Positions 27,847 to 36,406 of a DNA stretch of 64,000 bases are shown here, piece by piece; the first letter of the stretch is position 1, and every line of letters starts with the position of its first letter. The position numbers were made by a program, and so were the translations under genes. Under the pieces are notes generated by a model. That model had not been told where the DNA came from and did no database searches. It was given only the letters and a program-made list of their open reading frames with translations. The DNA is from Limnohabitans sp. (GTDB lineage: Bacteria > Pseudomonadota > Gammaproteobacteria > Burkholderiales > Burkholderiaceae_C): contig NZ_JAAVVW010000002.1 of assembly GCF_023910625.1 (NCBI RefSeq), forward strand, positions 294,024 through 358,023, given 5' to 3'.

Positions 27847-27903
27847 CGTTCGCCCTGAGCCTGTCAAAGCCAGTGCAAGCCTTCGACAGGCTCAGAGCGA
27901 ACG
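27847..27903. repeat. REP-like imperfect hairpin (19-bp arms, 19-nt loop)
   Basis: CGTTCGCCCTGAGCCTGTC ... GACAGGCTCAGAGCGAACG, 18/19 pairing. It translates to the spurious LSLSK...FDRLRANG peptide typical of REP-type repeats in high-GC proteobacteria. Confidence 0.6.
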
Positions 27904-28032
27904 GTTCATACATCACTGAGCCGAACCAATAAGTTTTGCCCCTCATGTCCTCGACCCTTATGTCTAGTGCTGAGTGGGTATAAAAGGCCTCGTCTGATGG
28001 ACAAGTTTTTGACCATGTCATACCACCGTGCC

Positions 28033-28368
28033 CTAGGAGGGGTTTTGCTGGGGGGCGGGTTCTTTGCTGGGCGGGATCAAACCAGGCACCCCACACCATT
28101 TAAGAAATTTCAGAACCCCTTGGCCAAGGGGATTGTTGGGGTTGTATTCAAATCCAAAAGCCTTGCACGCTTCAATAAGACACTCGAGGAGAGCTGTCGG
28201 GTTGTTCGCCTTGGCTTCAGTGTTGGAAGCCGGTGTTTCAGACTGGCGCCCTGTTTGCTGAGTTTGCTGAGTTTGCGCAATGACCGGGGGTGTGACGCTC
28301 GGAAATGGATTGTTGGAGACTATCCGGCTAGTGTTGTTGCTAACCCAGCCGCCGATGTTATTTGGCAT
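28033..28368 (-). CDS. Small hypothetical protein (candidate T3SS substrate)
   Basis: About 112 aa from MPNNIGGWVSNNTSRIVSNNPFPSVTPPVIAQTQQTQQT. The N-terminus is polar, Ser/Asn/Thr/Gln-rich and has no acidic residues. Confidence 0.4.
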   Translation of the reverse strand: MPNNIGGWVSNNTSRIVSNNPFPSVTPPVIAQTQQTQQTGRQSETPASNTEAKANNPTALLECLIEACKAFGFEYNPNNPLGQGVLKFLKWCGVPGLIPPSKEPAPQQNPS

Positions 28369-28393
28369 ACAAAAGTCCTTTCGTTGTGTTGTG

Positions 28394-28861
28394 TCAACCG
28401 AACAAGCCGCCAAAAACCTTGCCAATCGTTCCAAGAATTCCTCCGCCGCCAGATGGTTTGCCTGCGTTTGTATTGGTCTGCGCTGCAGTCACGTCCAGCT
28501 GCGCCCGGGATGCTTTGGCATTGGCGATAGCGGTATCCAGGCTTTTGATCGCCTTCCAGCTGACGATTTGTGCGGGGCCAATGTCGGAATCGCAAAATCG
28601 GATGAATTTGCTTGCGATTTCTGCGTAGATGTCTTGGGCATTGGCTTGCTTCTCGGCTTTATTGGCCGCAATCACATCATTCTGTGCGGCTTTGGCTATG
28701 TCGACTTTTTTCTGGACTTCCGGTCCGTTGCCGCCACCGCTGCCGCCTTTGCTGCCAAAAAGGCCGGAGACAAGGCCAATAGCGGGCCCTATGAGTGGCG
28801 CTAAGGCAATCCCCGCAAACAAAAAATGGGGAAGATCCAGATCGGGCATCAACAACATCAC
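28394..28861 (-). CDS. Hypothetical membrane-anchored Gly-rich protein
   Basis: 155 aa. N-terminal TM (FLFAGIALAPLIGPAIGLVSGLFG), GGSGGGNG linker, Ala/Lys/Gln-rich helix, and C-terminal GGGGILGTIGKVFGGLFG. Start ambiguous (GTG 28861, ATG 28858 or ATG 28849). Confidence 0.45.
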   Translation of the reverse strand: MMLLMPDLDLPHFLFAGIALAPLIGPAIGLVSGLFGSKGGSGGGNGPEVQKKVDIAKAAQNDVIAANKAEKQANAQDIYAEIASKFIRFCDSDIGPAQIVSWKAIKSLDTAIANAKASRAQLDVTAAQTNTNAGKPSGGGGILGTIGKVFGGLFG

Positions 28862-29009
28862 TGACCCCGATCAAAAAAAACATCTTGAGCAGACATCGCC
28901 AAGCCGCGCACCCGTCCGCACACCCAGCTCAGATTGATCTGACTTTGGTAAATCATCGGCTGCAACATATACCCCGCCTCACAGTTATGCCTGACTCGCC
29001 CGGCCTAGG

Positions 29010-30128
29010 CTATGCATACTCGCTTAGCACACCATCGATTGGCACACCATCACCTGAGGGATCTGGTGCCACCTGAGACCCAGATTCAACATTTGATTCC
29101 GTCTGGCTTGCGGCCACTGGTTTTTGCAGAGCGGCAAGAAGGCGCTCGGCCAATTCCTTGGCAGCCGGATTATTCTTGCCCTTGTGGACAAAGCCGGTGA
29201 ATAACGCAAGAGCGTGAGTATCCTGAACTTCAGATACCGGCCGCGCATACAACGTCGCCACATCCTGGACAACTTGATCTAATGCGGGGTTATTCTGGAA
29301 CTCTCGCAACTTCTTCATGTTCTCGTAGCCGCCGTTGCCAGACAGGCCATCCACGTATCGTGAACTCAGATCCGCCAGGGATGTACCCAGATCCTTTTCG
29401 GCCGCCTTCAGCTCTAACCCGGCATTTTCGAAGGCTTCTTCAGCGGCATTCACCTTGTCAGGCTTCGCCGTTGTTAACGCAACTCCTGCCAGCTCACTTT
29501 GCAGTTTCTTATCCTGCACGTTGGCCATTTTCGAACCGATCGTTTGCACGTCTACAGCCACCTGTGGATCGACGGCGGCAGGTGTGTTACTCAGTGCGTC
29601 AGTCGCTTGCGTGCCTGTGACGCTGTTTGTCTCTGCGGTTTGTGTTGGTTCGGGCTTGACAGGTGGTGTTCCGGCTGTAGTTGGGGCTTTAACCTGAATC
29701 TTGTCGTAGCCCACGCCAAGAAAAGTAGCCGCAGTTTGCATCCTGCCGCTCTCACCCGCACCGATAAACTTGAGCTGATTGCCGATTGTCATTAGCCGCT
29801 CAATCTCATTAAAGATGGTTTTTTTTTGGTCTTGCGGGATGAGGGGGTCATTGAACTGGTCTTTTTTATAGTCGAGCAAGGCTTTCAACTTTAAGTACTG
29901 ACCGTCCCGCACCGGTCGGTCATTGCTAGTGCCAAACTTGACAAGTTCATCAGTAAGCTGTTTTTTTTCGCCCTGCGTGAGCTGCGCCCCGACCTTGAGA
30001 TTCGTAAGGACTTTTGAATTCGGCAAAGGTGGAGCATACGAAACGTTAAATCGATTGACATTGCCACCTCCACTGCCCGATATGCTGCTATTGCGTTCCT
30101 GCTTGATTGGTTGTAATCCAAAAAACAT
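29010..30128 (-). CDS. 372-aa Cys-free, Trp-free hypothetical protein (candidate secreted T3SS protein)
   Basis: AAGGA-type RBS. N-terminus Ser/Gly/Asn-rich (NSSISGSGGGNVN). Central Thr/Pro-rich linker (APTTAGTPPVKPEPTQTAETN). Helical C-half. Divergent from sctV. Confidence 0.55.
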   Translation of the reverse strand: MFFGLQPIKQERNSSISGSGGGNVNRFNVSYAPPLPNSKVLTNLKVGAQLTQGEKKQLTDELVKFGTSNDRPVRDGQYLKLKALLDYKKDQFNDPLIPQDQKKTIFNEIERLMTIGNQLKFIGAGESGRMQTAATFLGVGYDKIQVKAPTTAGTPPVKPEPTQTAETNSVTGTQATDALSNTPAAVDPQVAVDVQTIGSKMANVQDKKLQSELAGVALTTAKPDKVNAAEEAFENAGLELKAAEKDLGTSLADLSSRYVDGLSGNGGYENMKKLREFQNNPALDQVVQDVATLYARPVSEVQDTHALALFTGFVHKGKNNPAAKELAERLLAALQKPVAASQTESNVESGSQVAPDPSGDGVPIDGVLSEYA

Positions 30129-30714
30129 AAGTCAGTCCTTTCTTGTGCCTGCCGAAATAGCCCATGCGCTGCAGATTGTTGATGCAGTGCAAAAGTCAGG
30201 CCAGCTTTAAGGTGCCACGCACCGCTGGTCAAACTTCGCAAGATTTGGACCGGGGCGGATGACCTCTTACAGACTTGTCAGTTCCACATGGGCTGGTGCT
30301 GGGCTTGGCCTTGGCGATTCCTTCATTTTTGTCGGTTTCATTTTTCTTCACACGGCTCAACGCCTGTGCATGGCGCTTTGATTTTGTCGCAGGTTAAAGA
30401 ATTCAATGGCGGCCTGTTTGGCATATTGCCTGTGCGAGTTCTGTCTGTATTGAAGGAATAACAAATCGCCATCGCAAACCGGCAATCTGGTGCATCGCCT
30501 TGTGTGTGACCGCAAAGCCTGAGTTACGGCGTAGCAAATTTGCACAACGCGCGTAAACGAAAGTCTGCAAAACAAGAATGGCCCGCCATTGAGGTCTGTG
30601 CGCCTGACGCCGACTCGCCTTGCACAAACGGTCAACACTTTGAGCAATCAGGTCTTCGCCGGGCAATTGTCTTTTTGTGGGGCGTTTGGCGATACCAGGT
30701 GACAGGGCTGTTCG

Positions 30715-30729
30715 TGGCACACAAGTTGC
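30715..30729 (+). promoter_or_regulatory. Sigma-54 (-24/-12) promoter upstream of sctV
   Basis: TGGCAC-ACAAG-TTGC is an exact match to TGGCAC-N5-TTGC with GG-N10-GC spacing. It ends 45 nt upstream of the sctV ATG (30775). Confidence 0.75.
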
Positions 30730-30774
30730 GCTACGAATGCCACAACATGGCAAAAAACGCTCTTTGATTTCGGT

Positions 30775-32856
30775 ATGAACGCAAAAATAAGCAAAATCTT
30801 TCTGGCAGCAGGCAAGCAGGCCGACATGGCTTTTGCAGTGCTTACCCTCGCGATGGTAGGGTTGCTGGTGGTGCCATTGCCGCCTTGGCTGCTTGACATA
30901 TTGCTGGCTGTCAGCATGGTGATGGGTGTGGGCATGCTGATGTACGCGCTTTACGCGCACTCGCCAGTCATGTTGTCGGCGTTTCCGTCGGTTTTGTTGC
31001 TGTCCACCATGTTTCGTATTGCCTTGAATGTGGCCACTACCCGGCAGATTCTTTTAGCGGGCGACGCTGGCCACATCATTGAGGCCTTTGGCAGATTTGT
31101 GGTGGGCGGTAACCTGGTGGTGGGCCTGGTCGTGTTCATCATCATTGCGCTGGTGCAGCTGATTGTGGTGTCCAAAGGTGCCGAGCGTGTGGCCGAGGTG
31201 AGTGCGCGCTTTGCACTTGACGGCCTGCCCGGCAGGCAGATGAGTATTGATGCCGATGTGCGTGCGGGCTCCATGACCAGTGGCCAGGCGCAGTACGCGC
31301 GGCGCATGCTGCTGGCCGAAAGCGCCATGTTTGGCTCCATGGATGGTGCCATGAAGTTTGTCAAGGGCGACGTGATTGCCGGCATGATCATTGTGGTGAT
31401 CAATTTATTGGGTGGTATTGCCGTTGGCGTGATTTACGCAGGCATGTCCGCCGGTGCGGCTGTTGATCATTACTCTGTGCTGGCTATCGGCGATGGCTTG
31501 GTGTCACAAATACCGGGGCTTTTTGCGGCGCTGGCTGCGGGTATTTTGGTGACGCGCTCGTCCAACAGTACCGCCCCCAATCTGGGGTGGGAGATCCTTC
31601 AGCAGTTGCGTATGCAGCCCAAGGCACTGCTTGTAACTGGCGCCATTGCCACGGTCGTAGGCCTGGTGCCTGGGCTGCCAACCCTGGTCTTTATATGTCT
31701 TGGCCTTCCGCTTCTGGCCATGGGCGCATGGCTTCACAAGACCGAGCTGTCGGGCAAAGGCGGCTGGGCGGGCTTGACCACTGAAAACGCGCTGCGCGAA
31801 GGGCAGCCGTCAAAAAGGACTTTGCTGATCGATGAGCAGTCGTATGAGTTTTGTATTGTCTGCCTTGAAATACATGACGATCTCGTACTCGACTTGTCCC
31901 CTGATGTCATTGACGAAGAGCTTACCCGTTTGCGCGGGGAGCTCAAAACAAGCTTGGGTCTGCCCTACCCAGGCTTGCTGGTCAGGCAAACCGGGCAGCT
32001 TGAGCCGGGCCAATACCAGGTCACCGTGCTGGGCAACGTCTGCGCCAAGGCGGCTGCACCCAAAGGCTCCTGCTACTTCGACGGACCGGTAGCAACAATG
32101 ACCGAGCTTGGCCTTACGCCAACGGCCAACGGCCTCAACGTGACGACGGGTTGTTGGTTGTCTGCTGAAGACGCAGCGGCGGCACGTGCTGTAAAGCACA
32201 CCTTGCTTGAGCGTGAGAACGGGCTGATTCGCGTCGTCGGTGACGTGATCCACAAGCATGCCCATGTGCTGTTTGGCATTCAGGAAATGCAGCTTGTCCT
32301 GGGCCAGCATGAGGGCACCTACCCTGACCTTTGCCGGGAGGCGGTCAACACGGTGCCGCTGACGCGGATGACCAAAATCCTCAAAAGCCTGCTGCGCGAG
32401 GGTGTGTCCATCAGAGACATGCGAACCATTCTGGATGCCCTGGTATATGGTGCGCAAGAGCCGGGCGACGATTTAACTCTTGGCGAACTGGTTCGCAAGG
32501 CACTGACCTTGCAAATATGCAAAACGCTGGTCACCCCCAACAATGTTTTGCGGGCCGTCATGCTGGACCCGCTGCTTGAAGGGCAGTTTCGCGAGAGTCT
32601 GCAGCAAACGCCGCTTGGCCCGGCGCTACAGCTGCCGCCGTCTGCCGCACAGCAGTTTCAACAGGGCGTAACTCAAGCCATTGAACGCGTGGTGTCCAAG
32701 GGCTCAACCGCTCATATCAGTGTGGTAACTGCGCCTGACCTGCGTTTGCACGTAAGACGACTTCTTGAGCCCAGCCTGCCGCATATTGCCGTGCTGGCCA
32801 CAGACGAAATTGCACCTGGCGTGCGGCTTCAGTCGCTGGGTATGCTGCGCGGCTGA
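30775..32856 (+). CDS. sctV: T3SS export gate protein SctV (YscV/HrcV/InvA family)
   Basis: 693 aa. N-terminal TM domain with ...FGRFVVGGNLVVGLVVFIIIALVQLIVVSKGAERVAEVSARFALDGLPGRQMSIDAD..., near-consensus FHIPEP. Cytoplasmic C-domain present. Confidence 0.95.
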   Translation: MNAKISKIFLAAGKQADMAFAVLTLAMVGLLVVPLPPWLLDILLAVSMVMGVGMLMYALYAHSPVMLSAFPSVLLLSTMFRIALNVATTRQILLAGDAGHIIEAFGRFVVGGNLVVGLVVFIIIALVQLIVVSKGAERVAEVSARFALDGLPGRQMSIDADVRAGSMTSGQAQYARRMLLAESAMFGSMDGAMKFVKGDVIAGMIIVVINLLGGIAVGVIYAGMSAGAAVDHYSVLAIGDGLVSQIPGLFAALAAGILVTRSSNSTAPNLGWEILQQLRMQPKALLVTGAIATVVGLVPGLPTLVFICLGLPLLAMGAWLHKTELSGKGGWAGLTTENALREGQPSKRTLLIDEQSYEFCIVCLEIHDDLVLDLSPDVIDEELTRLRGELKTSLGLPYPGLLVRQTGQLEPGQYQVTVLGNVCAKAAAPKGSCYFDGPVATMTELGLTPTANGLNVTTGCWLSAEDAAAARAVKHTLLERENGLIRVVGDVIHKHAHVLFGIQEMQLVLGQHEGTYPDLCREAVNTVPLTRMTKILKSLLREGVSIRDMRTILDALVYGAQEPGDDLTLGELVRKALTLQICKTLVTPNNVLRAVMLDPLLEGQFRESLQQTPLGPALQLPPSAAQQFQQGVTQAIERVVSKGSTAHISVVTAPDLRLHVRRLLEPSLPHIAVLATDEIAPGVRLQSLGMLRG

Positions 32857-32896
32857 CCCGGCCTTGAAAAATCACATACAAACTGGTAGCCCCGAA

Positions 32897-35008
32897 ATGC
32901 GTCTTCTCTTAGCCACTCAAACTGGGCATACAGCGCTGATTGCTGCGATTGCCACACTTGCCTTAGGCAATGGGTACACCTTTGCGCAGGTGCTTAACCC
33001 GCCTGTGCAGCAAACGCCGCCGTTGCCCTCGGGCACAGCGCCAACGCCAACGCCAACGGCCCGTGCTGCAAAGACGCCCGCGCGCGAGCTTTTGCTTCAA
33101 ACCAGGCTTGGCGCAGACAAGCGCGTGGCTATCGACTCACGTGACAGCACGATTACCCAGGTATTGACCGACCTGATGGGCGATGCGGGCTTGCCGGTCA
33201 TCGTCGATGAATCGATCAAAGGCACGGTAAGCGGCCGGTTTGAAGGCACCCGGCAGCGCGTGCTGGACGACATCTGCAGGCAGCAGGCCCTGAGCTGGTA
33301 CTTTGATGGTGCGGCGCTGTACGTTACCCGTTTGAGCGCCATTGCCACCCGTATGGTCTGGATGGAAACCGAAGCCATCAACCGCTTGAGCACATTGGCG
33401 ACAGACCTTGGGCTGCTGGACGGCAGATACGTTTACAGGCCCGTGCCAACAGAGCGTTACGCCCTCATGACGGGGCCACCCCGCTACCTGCAGCGCATGC
33501 TTGACCTGGCCAAAACCGTTGGGGCACAGCCCAAGCCTGAGAGCCAGTCCATGCAGACAAAGGTTTTCAGGCTCAGGTATGCGTCCGCAGCCGACACCGT
33601 ACTCACCACGACTGGCGGACCCACCCGGGTAGAGGGGGTAGCCACTGTGGTAGGTCGCCTGGCGGGTGTTCCCATCAATGACATAAACAAGTCAGCAAGC
33701 CGGGCAGACGCCACACAGCCAGGGCGCATGGCGGGAAAACTTGGCAAAGATGCCGGCCCAGGTACAGAGCAGCTTCGGCTGGGCCTGGATAGCCTGCAAC
33801 TACCTGACCTGGACGGCGAGGATGGATCGATCCCCATGATGCCCTTGCCGATGATCGGATTGGGCAACGGGCCGTTGCCAGCCCGCACATCAGGCGCTGC
33901 CGCGAGGACAGACGCTGCCGCGAGAGCAGATGCCCAAGCGGCTGCGGAGCTGCGCGCCAACACCGGCGCACAAGCAGCTTCTGCCCGGCCTGGAGATTCC
34001 ATCGTCACAGCCGAGCCACGGCTCAATGCCGTGATCGTCAGGGCAGACCGCAGCCGCATGCCCATGTTTGAGGAGCTGATTGAGCAACTGGATGTGCCCT
34101 CGAAAATGGTGGAAATCGAAGTCGAGATTTTTGATATTGACTCGACCCGCTTGCAGGAGTTGGGCGTAGACCTGCGACTGACCGCACGCAAGATAGACAT
34201 GACTGCTGCGGGCAACACGGCGGCTACGGGCGGGGGGCTGGTGGTTTCCGCCGTGCTGGGTGGCGCAAACCTGCTATTGCAGACGCGCCTACGCGCACTC
34301 GAACAATCAGGGGAGGCCACCATTGTTTCGCGACCCCGTATTTTGACCATGGACAACGTCAAAGCGACCTTGTCCAATACCAGCGAGTTTTTTGTCAAGC
34401 TGGCAGGTGAGCGGACGACCAACCTGTTCAACGTCAACTACGGCCTACAGATGGCGGTACAACCCACAGTGCTAGGCAACCCGGACAACCCCAGCGTTCA
34501 GCTGGCCGTTCAGATCAGCGATGGCGGGGCGCTGGCCCAGCAGGTAGACAGCCTGCCCAGCGTGACACGCAACGGACTTACCACTCAGGGCATTGTTCGA
34601 TCTGGCGACAGCCTGATGATTGGGGGCTATGCAATAGAGCGAGCCTCGTCCAGCCTCAATCGTGTCCCATTTTTGTCAGACGTACCCGTTGTGGGCAGGC
34701 TCTTTAACTCCCGCACGCAGACGAACAGCCGGCGCGAACGCGTATTTTTGATCACGCCCAGGGTCATTGAGGTTGGCGCAAGCGTTTTGCCAGAAACGAC
34801 CAAAGCGTTTCCTCAGACTGGCATGCCGAATCCACCCAGCCTCTTTCCAAGCCTGAGTTTTGGCGCTGAAGCCGCGCCATCAATCAAGCTTGACACGTCC
34901 ATGACCCGCTCGCTGCGCTTGAGCGATATCGTCAATGAAGGCGCTAATCGGGGGGGCGCCTCATCAGGTAAAGCTGGGGCCAGACCGGCACCCAATTCAC
35001 CACCGTGA
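32897..35008 (+). CDS. sctC: T3SS outer-membrane secretin SctC
   Basis: Signal peptide MRLLLATQTGHTALIAAIATLALG. Secretin domain ...IVSRPRILTMDNVKATLSNTSEFFVKL... and ...VPFLSDVPVVGRLFNSRTQTNSRRERVFLITPRVI. Contains an Ala/Arg-rich low-complexity insert. Confidence 0.9.
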   Translation: MRLLLATQTGHTALIAAIATLALGNGYTFAQVLNPPVQQTPPLPSGTAPTPTPTARAAKTPARELLLQTRLGADKRVAIDSRDSTITQVLTDLMGDAGLPVIVDESIKGTVSGRFEGTRQRVLDDICRQQALSWYFDGAALYVTRLSAIATRMVWMETEAINRLSTLATDLGLLDGRYVYRPVPTERYALMTGPPRYLQRMLDLAKTVGAQPKPESQSMQTKVFRLRYASAADTVLTTTGGPTRVEGVATVVGRLAGVPINDINKSASRADATQPGRMAGKLGKDAGPGTEQLRLGLDSLQLPDLDGEDGSIPMMPLPMIGLGNGPLPARTSGAAARTDAAARADAQAAAELRANTGAQAASARPGDSIVTAEPRLNAVIVRADRSRMPMFEELIEQLDVPSKMVEIEVEIFDIDSTRLQELGVDLRLTARKIDMTAAGNTAATGGGLVVSAVLGGANLLLQTRLRALEQSGEATIVSRPRILTMDNVKATLSNTSEFFVKLAGERTTNLFNVNYGLQMAVQPTVLGNPDNPSVQLAVQISDGGALAQQVDSLPSVTRNGLTTQGIVRSGDSLMIGGYAIERASSSLNRVPFLSDVPVVGRLFNSRTQTNSRRERVFLITPRVIEVGASVLPETTKAFPQTGMPNPPSLFPSLSFGAEAAPSIKLDTSMTRSLRLSDIVNEGANRGGASSGKAGARPAPNSPP

Positions 35009-36261
35009 GCAACACCAACGTCACGCCGCCAGACCAGTCGCAGGAGCGTGCGCTTTGCGTGGTCAGAGTTCTATCGGGGCAACAAGCCGGTGCGCATGAA
35101 CCTCTGAGCCGGGGTGACAGGCTGGTCGTCGGCGGAGACCTGAGCGACGACCTGATCCTGGCGGGCGTGAAGAACGCACGCCTGCTGATACGTGTTGACC
35201 AAGAAGGCCGCTGTTTGCTCACGGCGTTACGGCCTGGCGTTACCTGCCAGGGGCAAACATGTGCGGAGGGCCATCACCTGGAGCCAGCCCTGCCCGCCTT
35301 GCTGGACTTGGACGGCATCACCCTAGGTGTTGGCCCTGAGCAGACCGACTGGCAAAACCTGCGCGCCACCTACCAGCAAGAATCAGCGAGCACGGCATCT
35401 GTGGCACCAGCACCGCAGCCTGCACCTTTGGGTATTTCAGCCACCACCATTGCGCAGGTCATGGCCATAGGCCTGCTTGCGACAGCTTTTTCCGCTGGCC
35501 TTTACTACACGCATCAAAAGGACGAATTCTCAAAAAATGAACAACTTCTGCTTGGCGAAAAAACCCGTGCCGACATCAACACCGCCTGGGCCAAGCAGGC
35601 AGGCAACGCATCACCGCTGGAGTGGAAAGCACTGGGCCCCGGCTGGGAGGTAAAGGCGATGGTGGCCTCTGGCACACAAGAAGCCCAGCTCAAAAAGTTA
35701 CTCGAGTCTTTGGGCAATGCAGTGTCGTACAAAATCTGCAATCGCCAGCAAATGGAACGTGCCTTGGCCGCTGCGCTGGCAGGCGTCAAACCCATACACC
35801 CGACCCGAGAGATAAAGATCAACTCTCAGCAATCAGACAAAACAACAAGCCTCAACATCCCTTGGGAGCTCTTCCCAAAAGTAAAGCCCGCCCTGCTGCG
35901 CCTGTCTGTCACTGACTGCGCATCAGCGGAGCTGGCCATTGAGCTGCGGGGCATGTGGTTCGCAGCCACAAGACAGCCAGCGGTTTTTAACAGTCGTCTT
36001 GTCGATTTAAATCGCAGGCTTGCCGCCCCCGATTTAAGCGACAACCACTTTGTTTTTTTACTCGCGGGAGCCAATGCAGTCAGGCAAATACGACTGGACG
36101 CCCCAGCGTCTGTGCTGGTTGGCCCGGTAGGGTTTAACAGAAGGCTTGGGCAGGGCGCAACCCTTGCAGCCCCCGAGGGGGGGGCAAAAATCATTGACAT
36201 CACGAGTGAAGGTGTCTACCTGCAATACGGCCCCTGGATTCGCCTGGAGGCGGGTGTATGA
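35005..36261 (+). CDS. sctD: T3SS inner-membrane ring protein SctD (YscD/HrpQ/EscD family)
   Basis: GTGA overlap with the sctC stop. N-terminal FHA-like segment (VVRVLSGQQAGAHEPLSRGDRLVVGGDLSDDLIL). Single TM (IAQVMAIGLLATAFSAGLYY), then a periplasmic domain. Confidence 0.75.
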   Translation: MSNTNVTPPDQSQERALCVVRVLSGQQAGAHEPLSRGDRLVVGGDLSDDLILAGVKNARLLIRVDQEGRCLLTALRPGVTCQGQTCAEGHHLEPALPALLDLDGITLGVGPEQTDWQNLRATYQQESASTASVAPAPQPAPLGISATTIAQVMAIGLLATAFSAGLYYTHQKDEFSKNEQLLLGEKTRADINTAWAKQAGNASPLEWKALGPGWEVKAMVASGTQEAQLKKLLESLGNAVSYKICNRQQMERALAAALAGVKPIHPTREIKINSQQSDKTTSLNIPWELFPKVKPALLRLSVTDCASAELAIELRGMWFAATRQPAVFNSRLVDLNRRLAAPDLSDNHFVFLLAGANAVRQIRLDAPASVLVGPVGFNRRLGQGATLAAPEGGAKIIDITSEGVYLQYGPWIRLEAGV

Positions 36262-36298
36262 AGCCGCACAAAAAGACAACGAAAACCCTCAGCCAAGC

Positions 36299-36314
36299 TG
36301 GCACGCTTCATGCT
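36299..36314 (+). promoter_or_regulatory. Sigma-54 (-24/-12) promoter upstream of the GDPH-motif protein gene
   Basis: TGGCACG-CTTC-ATGCT with GG-N10-GC spacing, about 93 nt upstream of the ATG at 36407. Confidence 0.7.
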
Positions 36315-36406
36315 GTTTGGATGCTGCCCAAGCTGATTACCCGATGAATGAAACGGTGCCAGCAAGGCAAAGGTTAAGCGCAATCAAACATTTTCTGGAG
36401 TGACCT

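Noticed and set aside
27363-27932. 189-aa plus-strand ORF opposite the small Gly-rich gene.
   Set aside because: It runs through the REP-like hairpin, giving the spurious FALSLSK...FDRLRANG peptide. It points against the operon direction and has a Phe/Ser/Leu low-complexity N-terminus.
30199-30213. Minus-strand sigma-54 promoter for the 372-aa gene (TGGCACcttaaAGCT).
   Set aside because: The GG-to-GC spacing is 9 nt instead of the near-invariant 10, and the -12 box is poor. It is kept only as a weak note inside a finding, not as a feature.
30357-30960. Minus-strand ORFs (96 aa and 185 aa) in the sctV upstream region and overlapping the sctV start.
   Set aside because: The translations are Arg/Cys/His-rich and one overlaps the strongly supported sctV gene. 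There is no RBS or motif support.
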